From the NCBI GenBank assembly GCA_964252075.1, contig CAXULY010000046.1:1-40207 (forward strand): a stretch of 40,207 bases of DNA, read 5' to 3'. The translations under genes were made by a program, and so were the position numbers. Below are positions 19,920-29,176 of this stretch, piece after piece; position 1 is the first letter of the stretch; the number at the start of each line of letters is the position of its first letter. Below the pieces are notes generated by a model. The model saw nothing but the letters and a program-made list of their open reading frames with translations, did no database searches and was not told the origin of the DNA. The DNA comes from an uncultured Deinococcaceae bacterium. GTDB taxonomy: Bacteria; Deinococcota; Deinococci; Deinococcales; Deinococcaceae.

Positions 19920-20342
19920 TCAGCGGGACGCGTCGGGAAGCGGAAACCAGTTCTCGAGGCGCAGGCCATCCACCCGCTTGAACTCCCGCACGTTGTGCGT
20001 GACGAGCGTGATGTCCATGGTCAGGGCGTGGCTGGCGATGAGGGTGTCGAGCGGCCCGATGGGCGTGCCCGCACGCTCCAGGGCCGCACGCACCTCACCG
20101 TACCGCCAGGCATGGTTGAGGTCGAAGGGAACGACTTCCAGGGGGAGAATGAAGGCTTCCAGAACGAACTGGTTGCGTGTCGAGCCGCTTTTTCGGGCGC
20201 CATAACTCAGTTCGGCCAGGGTGAGACTCGAGATGCCCACGGCGTCAGGGGCGTGACGCGCGAACTGCTGCGCCACCTCTGGGGGGCGGCGGTTGATGAT
20301 GTAGATGCAGGTGTTGGTGTCCAGCAGGTACTGCAGGGGCAC
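19920..20342 (-). CDS. vapC: VapC PIN-domain toxin
   Basis: YLLDTNTCI, AELSYG, GTPIGPLDTLIASHAL, LVTHNVREF. Confidence 0.95.
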   Translation of the reverse strand: MPLQYLLDTNTCIYIINRRPPEVAQQFARHAPDAVGISSLTLAELSYGARKSGSTRNQFVLEAFILPLEVVPFDLNHAWRYGEVRAALERAGTPIGPLDTLIASHALTMDITLVTHNVREFKRVDGLRLENWFPLPDASR

Positions 20343-20343
20343 G

Positions 20344-20583
20344 TCAGAGGTCCCAGTCGCGCTGCTGTTCATCCGGCTGCTGCCGTTCGAAGGGCACGTC
20401 GACGGCGGGCAGATCGTCGTACCAGCGCTGCCAGAACGCCAGCTGCGCTTCTGGCGTCGGTGGAATCAGCAGCACCCCGGTGCCGACGCGTTTGATGAGG
20501 ACTTCCTGACCGTCGAAGCGGAAGGCTTTGGGCAGCCGGACGGCCTGGCTGCGACCGGTGGTGAAGAGCTTGGCGGTGTCCAT
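20344..20583 (-). CDS. vapB: VapB antitoxin (AbrB/SpoVT fold)
   Basis: AKLFTTGRSQAVRLPKAFRF; SD AAGGAGG. Confidence 0.95.
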   Translation of the reverse strand: MDTAKLFTTGRSQAVRLPKAFRFDGQEVLIKRVGTGVLLIPPTPEAQLAFWQRWYDDLPAVDVPFERQQPDEQQRDWDL

Positions 20584-20596
20584 TCTGCACCTCCTT

Positions 20597-20621
20597 GGTA
20601 TCTATCATAGCGTAGATATCC
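20597..20621 (-). promoter_or_regulatory. vapBC promoter/operator
   Basis: Imperfect inverted repeat GGTATCTA...TAGATATC overlapping -10 TATGAT. Confidence 0.6.
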
Positions 20622-20637
20622 AGGGCTGGGATGTGCT

Positions 20638-21144
20638 TCACCGCGCCCCTGGCTTCGCTTTCCACTGCCCCTCGAAGGTGCGCGTCACCACCCCTTCCAC
20701 GCTCGCGGCGGCGAGCGGGGCACGCAGGAGCGTCACCTGCGTGCCCTGCACGACAATCACGCCCTGCGACGTGGCGATGCTGGTGCTGGTCGCCGCGGCG
20801 TTCACCACCACGGTCCCCACGCGCGTGAAGCGGTACCTGGCACCCTCGCCGCGCGACGCGACGATCAGGCGCACCGGCGTGCGGATGGCCGCGCGCTCCA
20901 ACGCCGCCGCGAGCGTCTGCGGGAGCGGCCCCACCACCCCCTCGATGTGGGCGTTCTCGTTCAGGATGGCGTTCGCGGCGTCCTGAACGCTGGTCGACAG
21001 CACCACGGGCTTCTGCGTGAGGCTCTGAAGGGTCGCGAGCAGCTGCGCCTGCCCGGTAGGACTCACGCCTCCTTTGAATACGTCCCCAGCGTTCTGCGCC
21101 AGGGCGGGGGAGAGCAGGGCGATACCCAGCAGGAGTGCTTTCAT
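20638..21144 (-). CDS. secreted protein, possibly a degenerate PLD/Nuc-like fold
   Basis: Signal peptide; LAAALERAA...VRLIV and the ...FEGQW ending resemble PLD-like domains; no HKD. Confidence 0.6.
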   Translation of the reverse strand: MKALLLGIALLSPALAQNAGDVFKGGVSPTGQAQLLATLQSLTQKPVVLSTSVQDAANAILNENAHIEGVVGPLPQTLAAALERAAIRTPVRLIVASRGEGARYRFTRVGTVVVNAAATSTSIATSQGVIVVQGTQVTLLRAPLAAASVEGVVTRTFEGQWKAKPGAR

Positions 21145-22502
21145 TCCCCATCCGTCCGCAGCACCGGGCTGCCCACGAGGTTCGGTATGGTGTGGCCCTC
21201 AGGGACGCTCACCACCGCGCGGCGGTAGCGGTACTGCGTCATGGTCGTCGTGCCCGGGCCGGGGCCGACGGGCGGCACGGTGCAAGCGCCCATCGCCAGG
21301 ACCGTGGGCGGCATGGGGAGCGGCACGGGCACCGGCGTGCACGCCAGCAGGAAACAGGAGAAGCCTTTCGCCCAGTACACGATGGGGCGCGCGTCCGTGA
21401 CGGTGTCGAGCTGCTGCCACGCCTGGAAGAACGTCGCGACGCCCTGCACTTCCTGCTCCTGCAGGTTCCCCGCGGTGACGTACCGCTTGAGCGCCTCGAG
21501 TTCCTGCACGCCCACCTGGTCGTTCGTGCCGACGTTCACGCCTGCCGCGAACGGCAGGGCGCCCGTGACGTACGCGGCGAACCGCGCGTCGACCTGCGCG
21601 GCGCTCGCGACACTCTGGGCGTTCGTGGCCGCGAAGAACGGCGCCATGGTGGTGCCGCTGCGCTGCCCCTGGATGGCGGCCACGCCGTTCCACTGGATCG
21701 CCAGCGGCAGGTTTTTTGTGAGGCTCAGCGCGCTGTCTTTCTGGTACTTCGGGGACTCACCTCGCGTCGCGCCGTTGCAGGCGTCCTGCATCCGACTTGC
21801 GAGCACACTCCAGTTCACGCTCACCGGCATGGGGTAGTTCGGCGTCTGGATGCACCCGAGCGGTGTGCATTCCTGCACGCCGGGCGTGAAGGCCTCCAAC
21901 TCGTCCGGCAGGAAACTCAGGCTGCTGTACCCGCAGTAACGGTCGCGGGACACGCGCGGCACCGCGTACGGCTCCAAGGCCAAGTCTTCGTCCCGCCAGC
22001 CGTTCACCCCGCCGGGCGGGACGCCCCTCCCCGCCGATTCCGGGGTGGGGTTGCTGGGGTCGAGGTTCACCGCGTCGGGGTTCGCTTTGATCCAGGTGCT
22101 GCCCGTGAGGGCTTGTCCTGCCGCGATGGTGAGGTCCGCTGGGAACTGCAGTTCGCAGTTCATGAAGTGGACGTCGTGCGGCGTGCCGAGGCTGGTGGCG
22201 TCGTTGTTCAGCCCGACGATCATCGCCCAGTGCAGGGTGTCCTGGTAGGTCTGCCAGTTCGCCTTGAAGTCCGCCGCGACGTTCTCCGGCATGGTGTCTG
22301 GGACGTACGGGACGCTGTACTCGCGGTTCCGGCCGCTCAGGTCGCGCAACTCCACGTACGGTGTGGTGCGGTTCACGCTGCTGGTGTCCCCGCCCACCGC
22401 GTCGATGAGGTTCACGAGGCCCGCGCCGTCCGCGCGGGCGAGACCCACGGTCAGGAGCGCGGCCGTCACGAGCAGCGCGGGATGTGGTCTGGGGGTCCTC
22501 AC
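21141..22502 (-). CDS. secreted Cys-rich conjugation protein (TraU-like candidate)
   Basis: GTG start overlapping the upstream stop; signal peptide; paired cysteines; inside the tra operon. Confidence 0.6.
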   Translation of the reverse strand: MRTPRPHPALLVTAALLTVGLARADGAGLVNLIDAVGGDTSSVNRTTPYVELRDLSGRNREYSVPYVPDTMPENVAADFKANWQTYQDTLHWAMIVGLNNDATSLGTPHDVHFMNCELQFPADLTIAAGQALTGSTWIKANPDAVNLDPSNPTPESAGRGVPPGGVNGWRDEDLALEPYAVPRVSRDRYCGYSSLSFLPDELEAFTPGVQECTPLGCIQTPNYPMPVSVNWSVLASRMQDACNGATRGESPKYQKDSALSLTKNLPLAIQWNGVAAIQGQRSGTTMAPFFAATNAQSVASAAQVDARFAAYVTGALPFAAGVNVGTNDQVGVQELEALKRYVTAGNLQEQEVQGVATFFQAWQQLDTVTDARPIVYWAKGFSCFLLACTPVPVPLPMPPTVLAMGACTVPPVGPGPGTTTMTQYRYRRAVVSVPEGHTIPNLVGSPVLRTDGE

Positions 22503-22723
22503 GGTCTCTCCTTGAAGTTGAAGTCGATGACTTCCTGCACCCACACGGTCATGGGCGGACCGACGAGCGCCAGGCCCAGACCCGCGAGGAGCGTGATTTC
22601 GGGCGTCGAGAGGTACCACGCGGTGAGGAACAGCGCGAACATCACCACGAGGCCAACGATCAGGTACGGGGGGCGGACCTGCTGCACCGCCCCCAGGGAA
22701 GGGACGCCTCGCGCGCGCTTCAC
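22499..22723 (-). CDS. small 2-TM membrane protein
   Basis: GTGA overlaps at both ends; hydrophobic. Confidence 0.6.
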   Translation of the reverse strand: MKRARGVPSLGAVQQVRPPYLIVGLVVMFALFLTAWYLSTPEITLLAGLGLALVGPPMTVWVQEVIDFNFKERP

Positions 22724-23583
22724 GAGTGCGGGGTGACGTGGTAGTAGGTGTTGCTGCCCTGGTCGAACGCCGCCCAATCCAGGGTGACGCTGGCGTTCGG
22801 CGTGACGCGCGCCGGGAGGTTCACCAGGAAGCTGCGGCTCTGCCCGGCCTGCACCGTCAGGTTCCCGTCGGCGTTGCCGCGCATGGCCTGGCCGTCCACG
22901 GTGAGGGTGGCGTCGGGGGTGAAGGTCACGGCGCGCGTGCCGATGTTGGTGATGGTCACGGCGACGCTGTCCCCGAGCGTGGAGCTGTTGATTTTTGCGG
23001 TGGCGAGCAGCCACTCGGGTTGCGCGCGGCTGATGGGCAAGGTGGCCTGGATGGTTTTCAGGGGTGCAAGGGCGGCGGGTGACGCGCTGGCCGGGGTGGT
23101 GGGCACCACGGTGATCGGGGCGCTCGCGGGGCTCGGGGCGGTGTAGGCGGGCATGCTGGAGTTCTGCGGGGTGCTGACGGTGGGTGCGTACTCGATGTTC
23201 GGGCTGTCCGTCACGAGCACGCGTTTCATGCCGTTCCCGCCGCTGGTGAAGTTCAACGCAAAATTCGCGTACTTCCCGCTGTCAAGCTGCACGAGCATCT
23301 GCGCGCTGCCGCTGCTGACCTTCGCGGTGAGCACCACCACGTTCCCGAGCGGCGCGGGGATGTCCATGCTGCCCGCCTGCGGCGTGACGACGGCGCTCAC
23401 GTCGCTCGGGAGGTCGATGACGACCATGTCGCCCTTCCCGAGGCGGATGAGGCCGGGGCGGGTCATGAGGTCGTCGAGGGTGTACGTGCGGGTGATGTTC
23501 GCGCCGAGGTAAGGGTTCGGGGCGGACTGTGCGGCGGCGAGGGGCGAGAGGAGCAGGGCCAGCGGCAGAAGGCGTTTCTTCAT
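22720..23583 (-). CDS. secreted T4SS core protein (VirB9/TraK-like candidate)
   Basis: Signal peptide MKKRLLPLALLL; two beta domains joined by a Pro/Ser linker. Confidence 0.6.
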   Translation of the reverse strand: MKKRLLPLALLLSPLAAAQSAPNPYLGANITRTYTLDDLMTRPGLIRLGKGDMVVIDLPSDVSAVVTPQAGSMDIPAPLGNVVVLTAKVSSGSAQMLVQLDSGKYANFALNFTSGGNGMKRVLVTDSPNIEYAPTVSTPQNSSMPAYTAPSPASAPITVVPTTPASASPAALAPLKTIQATLPISRAQPEWLLATAKINSSTLGDSVAVTITNIGTRAVTFTPDATLTVDGQAMRGNADGNLTVQAGQSRSFLVNLPARVTPNASVTLDWAAFDQGSNTYYHVTPHS

Positions 23584-23618
23584 ATGGGCATCGTTGGCTG
23601 CGCGCCAGTGTTTGGACT

Positions 23619-24137
23619 TCATTTGAGGTCCGGGCCGCCGTGCTGCTTCACCCACTGCCGCACGGTGCCCACGACGTTCAGGGGGTGCGCTCTGGTGGCG
23701 GTCTGCACCCATGCGGCGAGCGAGGCCGCCTGCTGCGCGCTCGCCCAGCGCGCGTCCCCCGGACCCGTGACGCCCGCACCCACCACCGCACGTCCGTCCA
23801 GCAGCACGAACGGCAAGCCGGATGCGGCCTCGCCCTGCGTGAGGTACGTCGGCACAAGCATCAACGCCAGCCGCAGGGTGAGGCTGTCGTCGTACATCAA
23901 GGGCGCGCTGGCGGTGATGAGGTACGCCTCCGTGCCGCGCTGCGTGATGGCGAGCCGGATAGCTTCCGCGACGTCCGTCCGGGCGAGGTCAGGCGCGTAC
24001 AGCACCACCTGGTGCGCCGCAGCGATCAGTCCAGGCAGATCACCGCTGACGTCCCGCTGTGGCCCCGCTGACCCTGGCACGCCCTGCGCGTGCGCCAGGG
24101 TCACAAGGCACAGGGCGAGCGCAAGGACGCGCTTCAT
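23619..24137 (-). CDS. secreted protein, degenerate PLD/Nuc-like fold
   Basis: Signal peptide; LIAAAHQVVL...DVAEAIRLA..RG...LI, FVLLDG; no HKD; ATGA overlap with virD4. Confidence 0.6.
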   Translation of the reverse strand: MKRVLALALCLVTLAHAQGVPGSAGPQRDVSGDLPGLIAAAHQVVLYAPDLARTDVAEAIRLAITQRGTEAYLITASAPLMYDDSLTLRLALMLVPTYLTQGEAASGLPFVLLDGRAVVGAGVTGPGDARWASAQQAASLAAWVQTATRAHPLNVVGTVRQWVKQHGGPDLK

Positions 24138-26935
24138 GCGTCCACCTCGCCGTCCAGATCGCTCAGCGCCGCACCGAGCCGATCGGCGCTGTTCGCGCCG
24201 GGCGCCGCTGGGGGAGGCACGGGCCCCCTGGTCGGTTCCGGCGCCGCGCTCGGCTGTTCCGCTAACGATTCCCCCGACCCTGGGATGCCCAGTCGCGTGT
24301 CGTCCTGTCGTCCTTTCCGGGCGGGCGGTGGTCGTTTCAGCAGCTTCCCGCGCTTCTCGGCAGGTGCTTCTGACGAAACGGCCGCTGCCGGGGTGGTGTG
24401 TGGCTGCCGGGCGCGCTCGATGGCCTGCGCGAGCCCTTCGGGGTCCGTGAGGTTCACCAGCAGGGACGTCACGTCACCCTGCTCTTCGCGCGGCAGGTCC
24501 GGCACCACGCCCCAGATGCCGCGCGCCACCTGTTCGGGCAGCTGCAGCGTTTCGGGCGTGTAGTGCGCGACGGCCTGCGTCTCGTCCTGCGGGCCGCCCG
24601 GGAAGCCCCACACCTGCTCCTTGTGCGTCCTGGCCCAGTACAGCGCCGGGCCGGTCACCTCGAACTCCTGCAGGCTCCGCTCGAGAATCCGCCCGGCGAC
24701 CTTCAGGCCCTCAGCGGTGAGGGTGACTTCCGTGCCGTCCTGACTGCTGCCCAGCCACCCCTGCTGCTCGAAGTACAGCAGGTCCCGCTCCAGCTGGTCC
24801 GCATCGGGCAGGGACGCGCGCAGGACGCGCAGCCGGACCTTCTCGCCCTCGCCACTCCGGCGCACCTGCGCGCCTTGCGCGACAAGCTGCGAGAGCCACT
24901 CCTGCCACAGCATCGCCGCGTCCTTCACAGGCTTCATCACCGCGCCGTCCGTACGCGTCACGCTGAGGCTGCGCACGAGTGCGCGCGTGTCCCCCTCGAT
25001 GTCGGTCACGCTTCCCATCACGGCCTTCCACAACCCGAACAGCCCGTTGCGCACCTGCACCTGCCGTCCGTCCGGCGTGAGGAGGTCCATCACCTCCTGG
25101 TCCAGCGCGGGCGTCGCGACGAGCATAGGGTTTTGTCCTTTCGTGAAGGCCACGGCGAGGTTGCGTGGGTAGCGCTTGATTTCCTCCACGCTGAGCAGCG
25201 GGCGCTTGTCCAGCTTCACCGTCTGCCCTTTGCGCGCATCAACGCTCCACGGCATGCTGAACAGCGCGTGGCCGCTGCGGGACTGGGTTTCCGTTTCAAC
25301 GGTGGTCTCGCCGATCTCCTTGCTGAGCGTCTCGGCGTCCTCGCCGCTGGTGCCGCGCACGAACTCGATGCGCGTGCCGATGTTGTTGGTGCTGAGGGCT
25401 TTCCAGTAGTCGCGGTTGTACACGACGCTGCCCTGCTCGCTGTTCTGCACGCCGAGCATCATGCACACGCCGCGGGAGCGCAGCGTCGCGAGGTTGCTCA
25501 TCAGGTACGGCAGCCGCCCAAGGCTCGGCAGCTCGTCCAGGTAGTACGTGGCGGTCCTGGGCAAGCGCCCGCCCTTGCTCTCGTCCGCGACGTCCAACAT
25601 CGCGCGGTCGATACGGCGTTTGATGAGCTGCAGCAGGATCTCGCCGTTCCCGTCCAGAATGTGCTTGCCTTCAATGCCGATCACCAGCAGGCCGCCCTCC
25701 CGGAAGATGCGGTGCAAGTCGATCACTTCCTCCTCGTCGCCAGGCTCGCCGGCGCTGGTGGCGCGGCTCACGGACGCCGTGTAGAAGATCTGCAGCTTGT
25801 TCACGACGCCCGCCAGGGTGTCGCTGATCTTGTCCTCGCGCGCGTCGAACATCGCCTTGAGGGCGTTTTGGATTTCGGGGTTCGATTGCTTGTTGTACCA
25901 GCTGCGGAGTTCCGCGACGGTCATCTGCCCGAGGCGCTGCAACTCGCGCATGTTCGGGGTGGGGCCCTGCGCGATGGTGAGGATCATCGCGGCCAGCGCG
26001 CGGCGTTCGTTGTCCTTGTAGTACGCGCCCGCCTCGTCCTTGTACTCGGGCGGCGCGATGATCGCGCGGGACAGTTTCAGTGCCTCGTCGAGGTTGTCGA
26101 TGCCGTCGAGCAGCGGGATGCGCATGCTGCTCTCGGAGAACGGCGCGAAGACGTACACCGGGCGGCGCAGGCGGCGCCAGAACAGGATGAGGTCGCCGAA
26201 GCCGCTGTCCATCTGCGGCCACTTCATGTCGAATACGATCGCGGTGCGGCCCGCTTTCGCGTCCAGGGCGATGTTCTGCCGGAACAGCCCGCGCGTCTTG
26301 CCACTGCCGGGCGCGCCCATCACAAGGACGTTCTCGTGCCGGTCGCGCTCGCGCAGCTGCACGAGGTGCGGCGCGCGCCACGCGAAGCCGTCCTTCGCTG
26401 CTGGGATGAGGTGACCGGCGTACAGGCTGCGGGGATTGCTGAGCTCCAGCTGCGCGCGCTCACGCGACTCCGCGCGGCCCCGTGGGGGCAGGTCCACGAC
26501 CTCGCCGATCTGCGCGTCCGTGAGGCTCGCCCACCGGCCCTGCCCGGGGTCCTTGCGGACGCGGGTGTCCGGCACGGAGCGCCACGCGAACGCCATGCCG
26601 AGCAGCAGCACCATGAACGGCGCGGCGGCGGTCTGCAGGTCAAAGTGCCGCTGGAAGCTCTCCCCGGACCATCCGGCGCACACCGTCTGAAACTGGCATT
26701 TCAGCACCGCCACGCTGGCGGTGTCGGCATTCAGCACTTTCCCCCAGGTGCTCAAGACCTGGCCCTGTCGTGCGGGGGCGTGCAGCACAGTCTCGCCGAT
26801 GCCCAGGCTGGCCAGCCAGGCGGCGCGCGCCAGGAACACCAGGTACGTGACGGTCAAGGTGGTGAGCAGTGAGGCGATGAGGCGCAACTGGTTGCGAGAG
26901 AAGCGGCCCGGTGTGGGTGCGCGAAGGGTAGTCAT
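24134..26935 (-). CDS. virD4: type IV coupling protein VirD4/TraG
   Basis: N-terminal TM segments, GAPGSGKT, FDMK, YLDELPSLG, LRSRG...GVQNSEQ, LSKEIGETTV. Confidence 0.92.
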   Translation of the reverse strand: MTTLRAPTPGRFSRNQLRLIASLLTTLTVTYLVFLARAAWLASLGIGETVLHAPARQGQVLSTWGKVLNADTASVAVLKCQFQTVCAGWSGESFQRHFDLQTAAAPFMVLLLGMAFAWRSVPDTRVRKDPGQGRWASLTDAQIGEVVDLPPRGRAESRERAQLELSNPRSLYAGHLIPAAKDGFAWRAPHLVQLRERDRHENVLVMGAPGSGKTRGLFRQNIALDAKAGRTAIVFDMKWPQMDSGFGDLILFWRRLRRPVYVFAPFSESSMRIPLLDGIDNLDEALKLSRAIIAPPEYKDEAGAYYKDNERRALAAMILTIAQGPTPNMRELQRLGQMTVAELRSWYNKQSNPEIQNALKAMFDAREDKISDTLAGVVNKLQIFYTASVSRATSAGEPGDEEEVIDLHRIFREGGLLVIGIEGKHILDGNGEILLQLIKRRIDRAMLDVADESKGGRLPRTATYYLDELPSLGRLPYLMSNLATLRSRGVCMMLGVQNSEQGSVVYNRDYWKALSTNNIGTRIEFVRGTSGEDAETLSKEIGETTVETETQSRSGHALFSMPWSVDARKGQTVKLDKRPLLSVEEIKRYPRNLAVAFTKGQNPMLVATPALDQEVMDLLTPDGRQVQVRNGLFGLWKAVMGSVTDIEGDTRALVRSLSVTRTDGAVMKPVKDAAMLWQEWLSQLVAQGAQVRRSGEGEKVRLRVLRASLPDADQLERDLLYFEQQGWLGSSQDGTEVTLTAEGLKVAGRILERSLQEFEVTGPALYWARTHKEQVWGFPGGPQDETQAVAHYTPETLQLPEQVARGIWGVVPDLPREEQGDVTSLLVNLTDPEGLAQAIERARQPHTTPAAAVSSEAPAEKRGKLLKRPPPARKGRQDDTRLGIPGSGESLAEQPSAAPEPTRGPVPPPAAPGANSADRLGAALSDLDGEVDA

Positions 26936-26966
26936 GCCCGCAGGATCGCTGCGCTTCGGTGAGCGG
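26936..26966 (-). promoter_or_regulatory. shared tra promoter-like motif upstream of virD4
   Basis: CACCGAAGCGCAGCGA at 26946-26961, 10 nt before ATG. Confidence 0.7.
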
Positions 26967-27033
26967 CCAAGGTCAGAAGGGGCGGCAGGGGCCGCGCTTG
27001 ACTTCGCAGCGCCGCGCCCAATCAATCAGGACC

Positions 27034-27360
27034 ATGGGTAACGTTCAGTTCACACCATCACGCAAAGCCAAAACGGCGCCCACCCACTCAGGCGTGCTGG
27101 GCCCGGTCCGTCACCTCGTGCAGGCCTGGTTCAGCACCCTCTTCGCGGTGCTGTGGCCGGCGTACGCGATCTGGGAGGTATGGCACCACATCCACCACCC
27201 GAACCGCCTGGAGGACGGCTGGAACATCATCGTCATCCTCCTGACCTTCGTGTACGGGGTGGTCGTGTGGACGCGCCTGCACCCGCAGGTGGTGTACACC
27301 CAGGAGAGCCCACCGCCGCAGGTGGTGATTCACGAGCACCGACACCGCCGCCGCTGGTGA
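27034..27360 (+). CDS. 2-TM membrane protein
   Basis: AGGA then ATG; two hydrophobic helices; His/Arg-rich tail. Confidence 0.7.
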   Translation: MGNVQFTPSRKAKTAPTHSGVLGPVRHLVQAWFSTLFAVLWPAYAIWEVWHHIHHPNRLEDGWNIIVILLTFVYGVVVWTRLHPQVVYTQESPPPQVVIHEHRHRRRW

Positions 27361-27506
27361 CACGAAGAGGGCCGCTCCCACCGGAGAAACGACAAGATCC
27401 AGAAATCATCGTCCGTAAGGAAACCGTTCGTAGGACGCAACTGACCTCAACAGGGACGCTCCCCGGGCACCCCCGCCATCCATGGCCACGAGGCGCACGT
27501 CTGCCC

Positions 27507-27537
27507 TTGACCCTCACGTAACGTCACGCTTTACGGT
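27507..27537 (+). promoter_or_regulatory. MerR-type (TipA/Mta-like) promoter
   Basis: TTGACC-19 nt-TACGGT with the dyad ACGT-A-ACGT in the long spacer. Confidence 0.85.
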
Positions 27538-27554
27538 AGAAGTCGGAGGGACCC

Positions 27555-29087
27555 GTGGAATTCAAGATCGGTGAACTGGCTCGGCGAACGGCCCTGACGG
27601 TTCGTACTTTGCGCCATTACGACGCGCTGGGCCTGCTCAAGCCCAGTGGGCACACTCAGGCCGCCTACCGCCTGTACTCGCCTGCCGACCTGACCCGCCT
27701 GCTCCACATCCAAAGTCTGAAGACCCTGGGGTTCACCCTGCCAGAGATCGCGCGGGCGTTGGACGATCCCACCTACGACGCGCAGGAGTCCTTGCGGCAG
27801 CACATCGAGGTGTTGGAGACGCGCATTGCCCATGAGCGCCAATTGGTCAGCCGTCTGCGCGCCTTGCGAGGAGCTGCCGAAGTTGGCTGGACAGAAGTGG
27901 CAGAAACCATCGCGCTGACCCAGCGTGTGGCCCGGCAGGTGGGGCACTTCATGCAGGCCGCACAGGATGTCACGAAGCAGCTCACACTCAGTGGAGAACA
28001 ACTCCACACCCTTCAGAAGCAGTCCTGGGACTGCGGCGACGACGACTGGGAGAACCTCCTGACCCACGTGTTCACCGCATTGGAGGAGGGCCTCCCTCCC
28101 AGTTCACCCGAAGCACGGATTCTGGCGACGCGCTGGCAGCGCCTGGTCAGGCGGACCACCGCTGACCGCCCCGATATTGCACAGGCCATTGGCCGAGCCT
28201 ACGCGCACCACCTCCCAGCGGACCTGCGTGCCGCCTGGACATTCATCTCGGAGGCCATGTCCTCCCAGCGAGACGGAGCACCAATGACGAACCAGAGCGC
28301 GGTGACCGACCTCCTGCATCCCGACAAGAACGTCCGTATCCGGGCCGCCCTGGATTTGGGTGCCACCCAACACCGAGACGCCTTGCCTGACCTGGTCGGA
28401 CGCTTGGGCCAGGAACCCGACTTCTTCGTGAGGGAAAACCTGACCTGGGCCATCGTGCGGATGGGCCCGGACGCGGTGCCGCCGCTCCTCGCGTTGCTGG
28501 ACACCTCGGACGCCGCGACCCGCTTGCAGGCGGTGCATACGCTCAGCAAGATCGCCGATCCCGCCAGTGTGGCGGCGCTGAGCCGGGTGGTCGGCGACCC
28601 GGATGACGAGGTGGCCCGCAGGGCCATCTTCGCCTTGGGGCAGGTGGGACAGCCGGATGCGCTGCTCACGTTACGTGCGGAGCTGGGCCACCCGGACCCT
28701 GAGCGGCGTCACACGCTGAGCACCGCTCTGGTGCAGTTCGGGCACGCCGCGCTGGCTCCTCTGCTCGAGACGCTCCATCACCCGGAGGCACACCGACGCG
28801 CCCATGCCGCAGACGTCCTGGGGCTGCTCGGCGATCCAGCTGCTGCGTCCGCCCTGACTGAAGCCCTCCTGGACGACGCCTGGGAGGTCCGCTTTGCGGC
28901 GCTCAGCGCGCTTGGCCATCTTCCAGGCGAGGACGCCCAGCACGGGATCGCGCGGGCGACTCATCTGGCGGACCCCAAACTGCGGGCGGTGGCGCAGCGC
29001 CTGACCGCCACCCGTCCTGAGCCGTCGGCTGCCCTGCAGGAGCGGTTCAAACAGCTCCGCAAGCAGGGCGGGCGCACCCGGGCATAA
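27555..29087 (+). CDS. MerR-family regulator with TipAS-like domain fused to HEAT repeats
   Basis: IGELARRTALTVRTLRHYDALGLL; PSSPEARILATRW; repeated D..VR..A..ALG. Confidence 0.88.
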   Translation: MEFKIGELARRTALTVRTLRHYDALGLLKPSGHTQAAYRLYSPADLTRLLHIQSLKTLGFTLPEIARALDDPTYDAQESLRQHIEVLETRIAHERQLVSRLRALRGAAEVGWTEVAETIALTQRVARQVGHFMQAAQDVTKQLTLSGEQLHTLQKQSWDCGDDDWENLLTHVFTALEEGLPPSSPEARILATRWQRLVRRTTADRPDIAQAIGRAYAHHLPADLRAAWTFISEAMSSQRDGAPMTNQSAVTDLLHPDKNVRIRAALDLGATQHRDALPDLVGRLGQEPDFFVRENLTWAIVRMGPDAVPPLLALLDTSDAATRLQAVHTLSKIADPASVAALSRVVGDPDDEVARRAIFALGQVGQPDALLTLRAELGHPDPERRHTLSTALVQFGHAALAPLLETLHHPEAHRRAHAADVLGLLGDPAAASALTEALLDDAWEVRFAALSALGHLPGEDAQHGIARATHLADPKLRAVAQRLTATRPEPSAALQERFKQLRKQGGRTRA

Positions 29088-29176
29088 GCTCGTCTGGGAG
29101 AAGCCACTGGGCTTCTGGTGCGCCCGCCACCCGAAGGCGCGCCGGGATCGACCGGGTCGTGTGCTCATCAGATGCG

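Noticed and set aside
24398..26872. Long + strand ORFs (also 6426..8054, 21135..22736, 31010..32668, 33916..35238, 35263..36558)
   Set aside because: Antisense shadows of real high-GC genes, with Arg/His/Ala-rich non-protein-like composition
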